Positions 21,291-32,335 of a stretch of DNA of 64,000 bases are shown piece after piece. Both the position numbers and the translations under genes were made by a program. The stretch is from Chitinophaga pinensis (GTDB taxonomy: Bacteria > Cyanobacteriota > Cyanobacteriia > PCC-6307 > Cyanobiaceae). The notes beneath the pieces were generated by a model. The model saw nothing but the letters and a program-made list of their open reading frames with translations. It had not been told where the DNA came from and made no database searches. The stretch lies in assembly GCA_943371245.1 (NCBI GenBank), contig CALRTY020000007.1:46977-110976 (forward strand), in the 5' to 3' direction. Positions within the stretch are counted from its first letter, which is position 1; the number at the start of each line of letters is the position of its first letter.

Positions 21291-21731
21291 CTAATAGCAG
21301 CAGGTGCCACTGGTGCGCTGCTCCCGCAGGCGCTCGTGCTGCTGACTGATCAGCAGGATGGCCAGGGTGGGGTGATTGTGCAGCAGGTTGAGGAAGCGCA
21401 AGCGGTCTAGCCGAACTACCTCCACCGGGGTGCGGGCCACCGCCTCGGTACGGTAGACATCCTCTCGCCAGAGGATGTCCTGGTAGCTGAACAACTCTCC
21501 GGGCCTGTAGCAGAGCCGCTCGGAGCGCTCACCAATCACCTCGACGATGCCGCGCCGCACGGCATGGATGGCATCAGCAGCTCCGCCGCGACTGAATACC
21601 CTGGCGCCGGTGGGCAAGGTCATCACCTCGCAGTCCACCTGGGAGGCCATCAACTCAAGCGGGCTAAGACCGGCGATCGACTGGGCAGCCCTGGCTGTCA
21701 CAGCAGTGGCGTTTCTGAGCAATCCCCTCAC
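21291..21731 (-). CDS. cyclic-nucleotide-binding domain protein
   Basis: FSRGGAADAIHAVRRGIVEVIG...YRPGELFSYQDIL...TEAVARTPVEVVRL resembles a cNMP-binding beta-barrel. No DNA-binding domain. Confidence 0.6.
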   Translation of the reverse strand: MRGLLRNATAVTARAAQSIAGLSPLELMASQVDCEVMTLPTGARVFSRGGAADAIHAVRRGIVEVIGERSERLCYRPGELFSYQDILWREDVYRTEAVARTPVEVVRLDRLRFLNLLHNHPTLAILLISQQHERLREQRTSGTCCY

Positions 21732-21879
21732 CTCCCCTGAACTGGTAGATGAACCATTACAGCGCCTAGAGGGGCCTAGGGGAAGCTGTTTAGGTAAATC
21801 AAATCTGCACTCAAGGAAAGCAGCGGCCGTTATTGCGCTTTTCTGCCACCCAGCTCAGGCATCGAGGGCAAACAGCCAG

Positions 21880-21960
21880 CAAACTGGTCCATGGGGAAAG
21901 GCAAGCCGCCAAACTGATCCACGGGAAAAGGCAAGCCGTCAAAACCGGCCGGCAAAATCG
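21880..21960. repeat. ~30-bp degenerate tandem repeat x~2.7
   Basis: CAAACTGGTCCATGGGGAAAGGCAAGCCGC / CAAACTGATCCACGGGAAAAGGCAAGCCGT / partial third unit, read directly. Confidence 0.8.
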
Positions 21961-22412
21961 ACCACCAGAAGTGTCCGGCAAAATCGCTTACCAAACCATT
22001 GGCTGGTAAAGCGGTATCTGGAGCAACATTATCAAGACAAGCTCTGGAGGACTCCAGCCGCAGCAAATGCTGGCGGCAGGGTCGCAGCAGGAGAAGGTAA
22101 ATAGTGCAGTCAGAAGAGTGCAGTCAGCCCAGGGATCCTCAGCCCATCTAGCCAGCGCCCCAGATTCGGCGCCCCCTATTCAGCCAGCGGCAGTCCGGCG
22201 AGTGGCTCCAGCTCCATGGCTTCAAACATGCCGCTCAAGCTGAGTTGCTGGTCGAGCGGCACGCCTACACCAGCGGTTTTCGTGGTCTGGCTGGTGAGCG
22301 GTAGCCGCGGCGACCGGGCCGTCCAGTGGGGACACCAGAGCTCGCCGCTGAGCTCGGCAGGGATGGTCAGCTGACGCATCTGGCACCAGCCCGCCCGGCC
22401 GCCACAGCCAAC

Positions 22413-22500
22413 CTGGGCCCCGCTAGTAGGCAGGGCGCCGATTGGCTGGACCCCGCTCGGCAGGGCACCGATTGGCTGGGCCCCGCTCGGCAGGGCGCAA
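22413..22500. repeat. 30-bp tandem repeat x~2.9
   Basis: CAGGGCGCCGATTGGCTGGACCCCGCTCGG (22431) and CAGGGCACCGATTGGCTGGGCCCCGCTCGG (22461), with partial flanking copies. Confidence 0.85.
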
Positions 22501-22704
22501 TGGCGGCAACTGCGGCAGCTGGGGCGATGGGCCATTCGGCAGGTTCATGGGGGAGCCGCACATTAGGCAGGTCAACTGCTGTTTACCAGGTGGCTTACCT
22601 AATACTGCAGCTGTTTTGCTGCTAGTCACCCGGCCAGGGCAAAGCAGCACTTCCGGCTCAGAAGCGCTCTCCATAGGATCCGCCGATCCGCGGCGCCCTG
22701 CCCC

Positions 22705-23907
22705 ATGGCCGACCTGCCCAGCAAAGCCGTTTTGCGGCGCACCCCCCTGCATGGGGCAGCCCAGGCGGCTGGGGGGCGCATGGTGCCCTTCGCGGGCTGG
22801 GAGATGGCCCTGCAGTTCGCCGGTCTGGTGGCCGAACACAGGGCCGTGCGCCAGGACTGCGGCCTGTTCGATATCTCCCACATGGGGGTGATCAGCCTGC
22901 GCGGCGACGCGGTTAAAGATGCCCTCCAGGAGCTGGTGCCCAGCGACCTCCATCGCATCGGCCCCGGCGAGGCCTGCTACACGGTGCTGCTCAACGAGCA
23001 GGGCGGCGTCCGCGATGACCTGATCGTCTATGACCGCGGCTGGACTAGCTCATCTTTTAATAACAGCCAGTCTGCAAATAACAGCCAGTCTGCGAATAAC
23101 AGCTTGCCTGCCCATAACAGCCATGAGCTGCTGCTGGTGATCAATGCCGCCTGTGCCGAAGCGGACACGACCTGGATCCGCAGCCAGCTGGAGGCCAAGG
23201 GGATCACGGTGGCCGAGCGCAAGGGCGACGGCGTGCTGCTGGCCCTGCAGGGTCCCCAGGCGGCCACCCGGCTGGAGGCCCTGGCTGGAGTTTCCCTGGC
23301 GAATCTGCCCCGCTTTGGCCACCGGGAGCTGCGGCTGGCGGGCGGGGCGAGCGGAGCGGCGGCGGCGGCCCAGGTGTTTGTGGCCCGCACCGGTTACACC
23401 GGGGAAGACGGCTTTGAACTGCTGCTGGAGCGAGAGCCCGGCATCGCCCTCTGGCAGCAGCTGGTGGCGGATGGCGTGGCCCCCTGTGGCCTCGGCGCCC
23501 GCGACAGCCTGCGGCTGGAGGCGGCCATGCACCTCTACGGCCACGAACTGGATGCCAGCACCACCCCCCTGGAGGCGGGCCTGGGCTGGTTGGTGCACCT
23601 GGAGATGCCCAAGCCCTTCATCGGCCGCCAGGTGCTGGAGCGCCAGAGCGCCGAGGGCCCCAGCCGGCGGCTGGTGGGCCTGAAGCTGCGGGGTCGCGCC
23701 ATCGCCCGCCACGGCTATCCGGTGCTCGCCGATGGCCAACCGGTGGGGGTGATTACCAGCGGCAGCTGGTCGCCCAGCCTGGAGGAGGCGATTGCCCTGG
23801 CCTATGTGCCGGCCGGCCTCGCCAGGCTGGGCACTGAATTGGCGGTGGAGATCCGCGGCAAAGCGGAGCCGGCGGTGGTGGTGAAGCGGCCCTTCTATCG
23901 GCGCTGA
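22705..23907 (+). CDS. gcvT: glycine cleavage system aminomethyltransferase T
   Basis: TPLHGAAQAAGGRMVPFAGWEMALQF, FDISHMG, ARTGYTGEDGFE, GLGARDSLRLEA. Contains an in-frame repeat insertion (see 23059-23130). Confidence 0.95.
   Translation: MADLPSKAVLRRTPLHGAAQAAGGRMVPFAGWEMALQFAGLVAEHRAVRQDCGLFDISHMGVISLRGDAVKDALQELVPSDLHRIGPGEACYTVLLNEQGGVRDDLIVYDRGWTSSSFNNSQSANNSQSANNSLPAHNSHELLLVINAACAEADTTWIRSQLEAKGITVAERKGDGVLLALQGPQAATRLEALAGVSLANLPRFGHRELRLAGGASGAAAAAQVFVARTGYTGEDGFELLLEREPGIALWQQLVADGVAPCGLGARDSLRLEAAMHLYGHELDASTTPLEAGLGWLVHLEMPKPFIGRQVLERQSAEGPSRRLVGLKLRGRAIARHGYPVLADGQPVGVITSGSWSPSLEEAIALAYVPAGLARLGTELAVEIRGKAEPAVVVKRPFYRR
23059..23130. repeat. 4 x 18-bp in-frame tandem repeat inside gcvT
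   Basis: AATAACAGCCAGTCTGCA x2, then diverged copies. Encodes NNSQSANNSQSANNSLPAHNS and is visibly AT-richer than the flanks. Confidence 0.9.
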
Positions 23908-23997
23908 TCCGGGGAGGGCGCCGCCATGGCAAGTGCAGTGGAGGGTAGGCGCCTCGGAACGGCGTGGGAAAATCGCCGATTGATTTCGGGTTCCCCC

Positions 23998-25839
23998 ATG
24001 CGCAGCCACGGTTGCGGCGATCTGCGCGCCGATCAGGCCGGCCAGCAGGTGATGCTGTGCGGTTGGGTGGACCGGCGCCGCGACCACGGCGGGGTGATCT
24101 TCATCGACCTGCGCGACCGCAGCGGCACCGTGCAGATCACCGTGGATCCAGAACTCGGCGCCGGCGATGCCGAGTTCAGCGCCGCCTTCGAGGCCGCCGG
24201 CCACCTGCGCCACGAAACCGTGATCCAGGTGAGCGGCGCGGTGCGTAGCAGACCCTACGAATCGATCAACGACAACCTCAAAACCGGGGCGATTGAGGTG
24301 CTGGCCAGCAGCATCACCCTGCTCAATGCCGTTAAGGGCAACCTCCCCTTCCCGGTGTCGGTGCACGACGAGGAGAACACCCGCGAGGAGCTGCGCCTCA
24401 AATACCGCTATCTGGATCTGCGCCGCAAGCGCATGAACGAAAACCTGCGCCTGCGGGCGCTGACGATCCGCACCGCCCGCGCCAGCTTGGAGGCCGAGGG
24501 TTTCATCGAGGTGGAAACGCCGGTGCTCACCCGCTCCACCCCCGAGGGCGCCCGCGATTACCTGGTGCCCAGCCGGGTTTGCGGCGGCGAGTGGTTTGCT
24601 CTACCCCAGTCGCCCCAGCTGTTCAAGCAGCTGCTGATGGTGGGCGGCATCGAGCGCTACTACCAGGTGGCCCGCTGCTTCCGCGACGAGGACCTCAGGG
24701 CCGATCGCCAGCCGGAATTCACCCAGCTGGACATGGAGATGAGCTTCATGGACCAGGAGCAGATCCTGGGGCTGAACGAAAAGCTGATCTGCGCCATCTG
24801 GCAGGCGGTGAAGGGCATCGAGCTGCCCCGGCCCTTCCCCCGGCTCAGCTGGCATGAGGCGATGGAGCGCTACGGCAGCGACCGGCCCGACACCCGCTAC
24901 GGCCTGGAGCTGGTGAATGTGAGCGACCTGGTGGCCGACATGGGCTTCAAGGTGTTCAGCGGTGCGGTGAAGGCAGGCGGCGCTGTGAAGGTGATCGCCG
25001 TGCCCGGCGGCAACGAGGCGATCAGCAATGTGCGCATCAAGCCCGGCGGCGATGTGTTCAGCGAAGCCCAGAAAGCTGGCGCGGGTGGATTGGCTTTCAT
25101 CCGGGTGCGCGAGGGCGGCGAGATCGACAGCATTGGCGCCATCAAGGACAACCTCAGCGAGGCCAGCAAAGCCGAGCTGCTGGAGCGCACCGGCGCCCAG
25201 CCCGGCACCCTGCTGCTGTTCGGTGCCGGCGACACCGCCACCGTGAACAAGGCCCTGGACCGGGTGCGCCAATACCTGGCCAAGGAATTGGGGTTAGTGC
25301 CCAAGGACCGCGACAACGACAAGTGGAACTTCCTCTGGGTGGTGGACTTTCCGATGTTCGAGTTCAACAAGGATGAAAACCGCCTGGAGGCCCTGCACCA
25401 CCCCTTCTGCGCCCCCAACCCAGACGACCTGGGCAGCGATCCGGCCCAGTGGGCGGCAAATCTGCCCACCGCCCGCGCCCAGGCCTACGACCTGGTGCTC
25501 AACGGCCTGGAACTGGGGGGCGGCTCGCTGCGCATCCACGATTCGGCCCTGCAGCGCCAGGTGCTGCAGACGATCGGCCTGCCGCTGGAGGAGGCCAACC
25601 GCCAGTTCGGCTTCCTGATGGATGCCCTGGACATGGGCGCCCCACCCCACGGCGGCATCGCCTTTGGCCTCGACCGGATGGTGATGCTGCTGGCGGGCGA
25701 GGAATCGATCCGCGACACGATCGCCTTCCCAAAAACCCAGCAGGCCCGCTGTCTGCTCACCCAGGCCCCCGCCGATGTGGCCAGCAAGCAACTCGAGGAG
25801 CTGCACGTGGCCAGCACCTGGGTGGAGGAGGAGGAATAA
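23998..25839 (+). CDS. aspS: aspartate--tRNA ligase
   Basis: From ATG 23998 [10 protein letters not shown]..., with [57 protein letters not shown]. Confidence 0.95.
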   Translation: MRSHGCGDLRADQAGQQVMLCGWVDRRRDHGGVIFIDLRDRSGTVQITVDPELGAGDAEFSAAFEAAGHLRHETVIQVSGAVRSRPYESINDNLKTGAIEVLASSITLLNAVKGNLPFPVSVHDEENTREELRLKYRYLDLRRKRMNENLRLRALTIRTARASLEAEGFIEVETPVLTRSTPEGARDYLVPSRVCGGEWFALPQSPQLFKQLLMVGGIERYYQVARCFRDEDLRADRQPEFTQLDMEMSFMDQEQILGLNEKLICAIWQAVKGIELPRPFPRLSWHEAMERYGSDRPDTRYGLELVNVSDLVADMGFKVFSGAVKAGGAVKVIAVPGGNEAISNVRIKPGGDVFSEAQKAGAGGLAFIRVREGGEIDSIGAIKDNLSEASKAELLERTGAQPGTLLLFGAGDTATVNKALDRVRQYLAKELGLVPKDRDNDKWNFLWVVDFPMFEFNKDENRLEALHHPFCAPNPDDLGSDPAQWAANLPTARAQAYDLVLNGLELGGGSLRIHDSALQRQVLQTIGLPLEEANRQFGFLMDALDMGAPPHGGIAFGLDRMVMLLAGEESIRDTIAFPKTQQARCLLTQAPADVASKQLEELHVASTWVEEEE

Positions 25840-25913
25840 CGCAAAGGGGCGATATCTGCCCAGGGGCGGCCCTGATTAAAGGCGGCGGTACTTAAGTGCG
25901 GCGGTTTTTGGGC

Positions 25914-26414
25914 TCAGTCAACCTGGTCGATGCGGCGATAGCCAAACCAGTCGGGGCGGAGCGGTGTCGCCGCCGCCCCTGGATCGGCGCTGAGGTGCAG
26001 CTGCCAGCCATCCACCTGCACAATTGGATGGATGTCGTCTAGGTGGCGCAGCCGGGCGCCGGGCAGCAGCCGGGCCCGGGCCTGGGCCCTGGCCGCCTGC
26101 CGGGAGCTGGCCACCAGCAGCGAAAAGCTATGCAGCTCCGCCAGGGCGGCGGGGTCATAGCCACCGCCATTGACGAACCAGAGGCGCTCCGGGCCGTTAT
26201 AGGGCTGGCGGTGCAGCTGCAGCCGCCAGCCCGCCACCACATCCAGGGCCAGCCAACTGTCGATGTGCAGGCCGCGGCGGCGGCCAAACCACTGCTCCCT
26301 CAGCTGGGGCAGGGTGTCGTCGATCGTGGCGCCGGCCACGAAGCGCACGTCGTGCAGTTCGATGTGGCAGCCGTCGACACGGCCGCCGAGCACCACCAGG
26401 AATAGCCGCACCAC
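25914..26414 (-). CDS. DUF1543-like protein
   Basis: LFLVVLGGRVDGCHIELHDVRFVAG...HIDSW pattern. Start assigned to GTG 26414; the track start at 26531 would cross the dps promoter region. Confidence 0.45.
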   Translation of the reverse strand: MVRLFLVVLGGRVDGCHIELHDVRFVAGATIDDTLPQLREQWFGRRRGLHIDSWLALDVVAGWRLQLHRQPYNGPERLWFVNGGGYDPAALAELHSFSLLVASSRQAARAQARARLLPGARLRHLDDIHPIVQVDGWQLHLSADPGAAATPLRPDWFGYRRIDQVD

Positions 26415-26599
26415 CAGCCACCAATCCCCAGGAACGCCGCATCCTGGCTTAACCCTCTGGTTAGCGGGCGCAAGCGCTCCACAGCAAGCCAAGCCGCAAA
26501 GCTGTTGGCCGGAGCAGATACGAACTCCCACGATCTGGCCGCCAACCGGCTACCGAGGCTGGGATCGGAGCTACAAAGAAATCACCGCGGCATATTGCG

Positions 26600-27085
26600 A
26601 TGACCATCGGCGCCCCCCCCATCGATATCGGCATCGCCACCGACCAAAGGGAACAGATCGCCGCGAGCCTGGCGCGGGTGCTGGCCGACAGCACGGTGCT
26701 CTACGCCAAAACCCATGGCTTCCACTGGAATGTCACCGGGCCGATGTTCAACACGCTGCACTTGATGTTCATGGAGCAGTACACCGAGCTCTGGAACTCC
26801 CTCGACGCGATCGCCGAGCGCATCCGCGCCCTCGGCTGCCGTGCCCCCTACGGCGGCCAGGCGATCGGCCAGCTGGCCTCGATCGCCGAAACGGAAGGCA
26901 GCCCCAATGCCCTGGCGATGGTGCGCGAACTGGTGGAGGGCCACGAGGCCGTGGCCCGCACGATCCGCAGCGGTTTCGCCGTCGCCAACGAGGCCAACGA
27001 CCAACCCACCGCAGACCTACTCACCCAACGCCTGCAAATCCACGAGAAAACCGCCTGGATGCTGCGCAGCCTGCTGGAGGCCTGA
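26600..27085 (+). CDS. dps: Dps-family DNA-binding ferritin-like protein
   Basis: [34 protein letters not shown]...[12 protein letters not shown]. Confidence 0.85.
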   Translation: MTIGAPPIDIGIATDQREQIAASLARVLADSTVLYAKTHGFHWNVTGPMFNTLHLMFMEQYTELWNSLDAIAERIRALGCRAPYGGQAIGQLASIAETEGSPNALAMVRELVEGHEAVARTIRSGFAVANEANDQPTADLLTQRLQIHEKTAWMLRSLLEA

Positions 27086-27206
27086 GTAGGGAAGCTCGAC
27101 CGGGCTGCTGGAAGCCCGAGCAGGCTGGATGCTCCCCAGTTGGCGGGCAGCCAGAACACCTGCTTAGGCCCCCAGCCCGCCGGCTGCCACTGGGGGGTTG
27201 ATGTAA

Positions 27207-28979
<1,773 letters not shown>

Positions 28980-28991
28980 GCTGCACTGCCC

Positions 28992-29747
28992 ATGTCCCCC
29001 ACCTGGCCCACCGCCGCCACACCGCCAGCGCTGCCAGCGCCAGCAGACGGGCCAGCCAGGGCCCCGGCTTCCCCAGCAGCAGTTAGCAGCGCCGTGTGCC
29101 CCGACCCCGTTCCCAGCCTGCCCGTAGTGGAAACCTTCCATTCACTGCAGGGGGAGGGTGTCCATGCCGGGCGCAGTGCCTTCTTCATCCGGCTGGCGGG
29201 CTGCCAGGTGGGTTGCAGCTGGTGCGACACCAAGCACTCCTGGCCCCTGGCGGCCCATCCGCAGCGGCCCCTGGCCGAGCTGGTGGCGGAGGCGCAGGCC
29301 GCCGCCGCCGCCGGGGCGGCCTTCCTGGTGATCACCGGCGGCGAACCGCTGCACCACCAGCTCGATCCCATCTGCAACGCCCTGCGGCAGCTATCGGCAC
29401 CGGGCGGCAAAGCACTGCCCCTGCACCTGGAAACCAGCGGCGTGGATCCCCTCAGCGGCCACTTTGACTGGATTGCCCTATCGCCCAAGCGCCACCGGCC
29501 GCCCAGGCCAGAACTGCTGGCCGCCTGCCACGAACTGAAGCTGGTGGTGCACTGCGGCGACGACCTCAGCTTCGCGGCGGCCATGGCCGCCGCCGCCGCC
29601 CGCCGGGGGCGGGATCAGGGACCGGTGCTGCTGCTGCAGCCGGGGGCCGACTGCGCCGCCGGCCAGCAACTGGCGATCGACTACGTGAAGGCCAATCCAA
29701 ATTGGCGTCTCAGCCTGCAGAGCCACAAGCTGCTGGGCCTGCGCTGA
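28992..29747 (+). CDS. queE: 7-carboxy-7-deazaguanine synthase (radical SAM)
   Basis: LPVVETFHSLQGEGVHAGRSAFFIRLAGCQVGCSWCDTKHSW. Start uncertain (GTG 29094 possible). Confidence 0.85.
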   Translation: MSPTWPTAATPPALPAPADGPARAPASPAAVSSAVCPDPVPSLPVVETFHSLQGEGVHAGRSAFFIRLAGCQVGCSWCDTKHSWPLAAHPQRPLAELVAEAQAAAAAGAAFLVITGGEPLHHQLDPICNALRQLSAPGGKALPLHLETSGVDPLSGHFDWIALSPKRHRPPRPELLAACHELKLVVHCGDDLSFAAAMAAAAARRGRDQGPVLLLQPGADCAAGQQLAIDYVKANPNWRLSLQSHKLLGLR

Positions 29748-30125
29748 GCTGTATGGCCAGTTGATTAGCGAGGCTTAAGAAAATTTTAACCACGATCAAT
29801 TGGGCCCTGATGCCCGCGATGGTCTCATCAAAGGCTTTCAGGAAGGGCCCTCAGTTGGCAGCACCGCCGGGAGGACCGCCGGCAGGATCGCCGGCAGGGC
29901 CGTTTCCCATGGTTTGCTTAGCAGTTGCCTGGCGGCCAATAGCCCCAGGGCGCCAATTCACTTGAATAGCAACGCCCTAAGGCCCCGGGAGACCTTGGCG
30001 GACTTTTCCTATTGGATTGCCCCTAGGCAGGCCACTGGCAGCACAGATTGTGCCCACAGAAAGTCAATAAAGACAAAACCATCTAGGGCTTCAGTCCGCG
30101 CGACCAACCGCACCGCCGTCAATGA

Positions 30126-30347
30126 CTATAGATAAAGAACACCAATGCTAATAAGCGAGTTTCCAGTACTGCCAATTCCAACCACATTATCGCCAGAAGC
30201 GGTAGACTGATTGAAGTTTGTCAACCCTCCCAACACGCTGGCACCGCCAAGACCGCCGAAACCGCCAAGCAAGGAGCCAAGCGACGGCCTGGCGCCGCCA
30301 GATAGCGCTTCACAGTTCCGATCCGCAAGCAAGCTGATTTGAGACAC
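30126..30347 (-). CDS. small glycine-rich peptide, paralog 2, double-glycine-type leader (start inferred GTG 30347)
   Basis: (M)SQISLLADRNCEALSGG-ARPSLGSLLGGFGGLGGASVLGGLTNFNQSTASGDNVVGIGSTGNSLISIGVLYL. Its C-terminal half aligns to the peptide at 30542..30709. The track ORF 30126..30497 runs through a terminator, so it must be shorter. Confidence 0.4.
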   Translation of the reverse strand: MSQISLLADRNCEALSGGARPSLGSLLGGFGGLGGASVLGGLTNFNQSTASGDNVVGIGSTGNSLISIGVLYL

Positions 30348-30453
30348 AAAGAAAACCGGAAGAAGACCGGATGAATGTTGGCTCTGATTTTCTAGACACG
30401 GCTTGAGTGAACATCCAAAGGCGCAGCGAATATGCAACGTCCAGATAACAAGC

Positions 30454-30484
30454 AATAAAAAAGCCGCTTGATATTTCAAGCGGC
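30454..30484 (-). terminator. Rho-independent terminator after small peptide gene 1
   Basis: Stem GCCGCTTGA/TCAAGCGGC (30463-30484) with loop TATT, followed on the minus strand by TTTTTTATT. Confidence 0.65.
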
Positions 30485-30541
30485 ATACACGAGTCAACGA
30501 TCAATAACCTGACTTTGTCAGGCCATGACTGGACTTCAAAA

Positions 30542-30709
30542 TCAGAACAGTTTGATCACGCCGGTGCTAACAAGGCTCAGGTCGCCACCAATGCCAACAA
30601 CGTTGTCGCGGGTGCCAAACTGGTTGAAGGACAGAGTAGAACCACCACCGTTGAAAGATTCGGCGCTCTTGTCGGCGATTTCTTGGATAGCAGTGTTGTT
30701 TGAGGTCAT
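30542..30709 (-). CDS. small secreted-peptide candidate, paralog 1, double-glycine-type leader (55 aa, below the ORF-track cutoff)
   Basis: My own translation: MTSNNTAIQEIADKSAESFNGGGSTLSFNQFGTRDNVVGIGGDLSLVSTGVIKLF*. ATG start and TGA stop, with a terminator 58 nt downstream. Synonymous-only divergence from paralog 2 in the DNVVGIG block. Confidence 0.55.
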   Translation of the reverse strand: MTSNNTAIQEIADKSAESFNGGGSTLSFNQFGTRDNVVGIGGDLSLVSTGVIKLF

Positions 30710-31006
30710 GGTAACAAAGCGAAGTGTGGATCAGCGGGGACAAGCCCCTCACCTTGTTTAGATCCACAAGGAACCTTTGGGCCCCATTTCAGCTAATGCG
30801 CTGAGCTTCAACAGCCAAATGAATGAAAAACATTCGGCTAAACCGGTATGCGCCAAAACTATTGTTGGCTTCGCCCTCTTCCTGGCAGAAATTCCTGGCC
30901 AGCGGGCCAGGAAGAAAATCCAGGCCGACTGGCCGATCGAGGCCAGCAAGGCTCCAGACCCGCCTTCCCCAGCCAAAAATCCCAGCCCACCGGCCCCCGC
31001 TCCACT

Positions 31007-31531
31007 TCAGGGCAGCGCCAGGGCCGGCTGGCTGTTGGTCTCCGCCTTCCACAGCCTCCACCGCAGCTGCAGCGGTCTGGGGGCATCCAACACGATCGGG
31101 GTACTGACGTTGTAAGAAACCACGAACGGCTTGCCGGCCATGGGCACAAAGCGCTCCCGGGGCGGCATGCCGGGGCAGGCCATGCGGGTGGCCACCAGGG
31201 GCCCCACCTCGCTCACCCGATACAAAATCGGCCCCTGGCCTGCCGCCAGCGGCTCGGGCCTGAGCCTGGCGCTGAAGCTGTACTGGTTGCAATCCACCAG
31301 GGTGGTTTGGCCCACGATCAACTCCACGCGCCAGTCGCGGGGGTTGGCCGAGATGCTGCCATCGGCGCTGGGGCGCAGCAGCCCAGGCAATTGGATCACC
31401 CAGCGGCGATCGCCGGCGGCAGGCGCTGGATAGCCGCTCAAATCCAACCGCGGGATGGCCCTGGCCGCCGGTGCCGCCGCCAGGGCCAAGCCGGTGAACG
31501 CCAGGGCGATCAGTGGACGAAGCATGGGCAT
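31007..31531 (-). CDS. eco: ecotin (periplasmic serine-protease inhibitor)
   Basis: Signal peptide [81 protein letters not shown] parallel E. coli ecotin blocks. Confidence 0.85.
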   Translation of the reverse strand: MPMLRPLIALAFTGLALAAAPAARAIPRLDLSGYPAPAAGDRRWVIQLPGLLRPSADGSISANPRDWRVELIVGQTTLVDCNQYSFSARLRPEPLAAGQGPILYRVSEVGPLVATRMACPGMPPRERFVPMAGKPFVVSYNVSTPIVLDAPRPLQLRWRLWKAETNSQPALALP

Positions 31532-31642
31532 TGCCAGCGCACTGGCGACATTTTGACGAGCACCGGTGCCCCTGGCAGGTCAATGCCTAGAGCAGGTCAC
31601 TGCCCCTGGCAGGTAATGGCCTCCATCTGCCAGCCTCAGGCC

Positions 31643-32335
31643 ATGCCTGCTGACGCCCCCCCCCTGGCCATCGCCCTGCTCTCCGGCGGGCTCGATTCGG
31701 CCACCGCCGCCGCCCTGGCCATTGAAGCGGGCTACCGGGTGATCGGGCTCTCGTTCAACTACGGCCAGCGCCACCTGCGGGAACTGGAGGCCGCCGCCGC
31801 CCTGGCCGCCGGGCTGGGGCTGGTGGAGCACCATGTAATAGACGTGAACCTGGCCGCCTGGGGCGGCTCGGCGCTCACCGACAGCGCCATCGCCATCCCC
31901 ACCTCTGGCGTGGAAGCGAGCGGCATTCCCAACACCTATGTGCCGGGTCGCAACACGGTGTTCATCGCCCTGGGCCTGAGCCTGGCGGAGGCCCGCGGCG
32001 CAGAAGCCCTGGTGCTGGGGGTGAACGCCGTGGACTACTCCGGCTACCCCGACTGCCGGCCCGATTACCTGACCGCCTTCCAGACCCTGGCGGACCTGGC
32101 CAGCAGGGCGGGCCGCCAGGGCCGCGGCGCCCGCCTCTGGGCACCGCTGGTGAACTGGAGCAAGTTGGAGATTGTGCGGCAGGCCCTGCGCCTGGGGGTG
32201 CCGATCGCCGACACCTGGAGTTGCTACAGCGGCGGCCACCAGCCCTGCGGGCTCTGCGACAGCTGCCGGATTCGCGATGGGGCCCTGATCGAGGCGGGTC
32301 GAGCTGATCTGGCCAGTAGCCAGCGGGAGGCATGA
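31643..32335 (+). CDS. queC: 7-cyano-7-deazaguanine synthase
   Basis: From ATG 31643: [17 protein letters not shown]...[10 protein letters not shown]...[10 protein letters not shown]...C-x2-C-x2-C ([15 protein letters not shown]). Confidence 0.9.
   Translation: MPADAPPLAIALLSGGLDSATAAALAIEAGYRVIGLSFNYGQRHLRELEAAAALAAGLGLVEHHVIDVNLAAWGGSALTDSAIAIPTSGVEASGIPNTYVPGRNTVFIALGLSLAEARGAEALVLGVNAVDYSGYPDCRPDYLTAFQTLADLASRAGRQGRGARLWAPLVNWSKLEIVRQALRLGVPIADTWSCYSGGHQPCGLCDSCRIRDGALIEAGRADLASSQREA

Noticed and set aside
22176-22535. 119-aa minus-strand ORF (possible 67-aa core from ATG 22379) upstream of gcvT, and the 74-aa ORF 13954..14178
   Set aside because: The N-terminal half of the first is just the translated 30-bp tandem repeat. 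The remaining cores have coding-like third positions but no recognisable family, so the evidence is too weak to list as features.
22536-22704. Glycine riboswitch upstream of gcvT
   Set aside because: I could not find the conserved GGAGAG...CACCG...CTCAGGCA-type cores in either orientation. It would need a covariance-model scan to exclude fully.
23050-24366. 438-aa minus-strand ORF across gcvT/aspS, and similar shadows (24601..25272, 25294..25806, 27021..27833, 28682..29584, 33019..33888, 20368..21135, 16649..17440)
   Set aside because: They are antisense to genes with unambiguous catalytic motifs, show low-complexity R/G/A/P-rich translations, and are GC-driven open frames.
29800-30135. 111-aa plus-strand ORF in the AT-richer islet, and a 19-aa minus-strand ORF MGNGPAGDPAGGPPGGAAN near 29850-29910
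   Set aside because: There are no motifs, the sequence is low-complexity, and there is no paralog support. The long ORF's 3' end overlaps paralog 2 (30126..30347) by 10 nt on the opposite strand. Not reported as a gene.
30848-31642. N-terminal 265 codons of the 495-aa ORF that ends as queC
   Set aside because: QueC homology begins exactly at Met 31643. The upstream part is antisense to ecotin and reads as R/G/P-rich shadow sequence.
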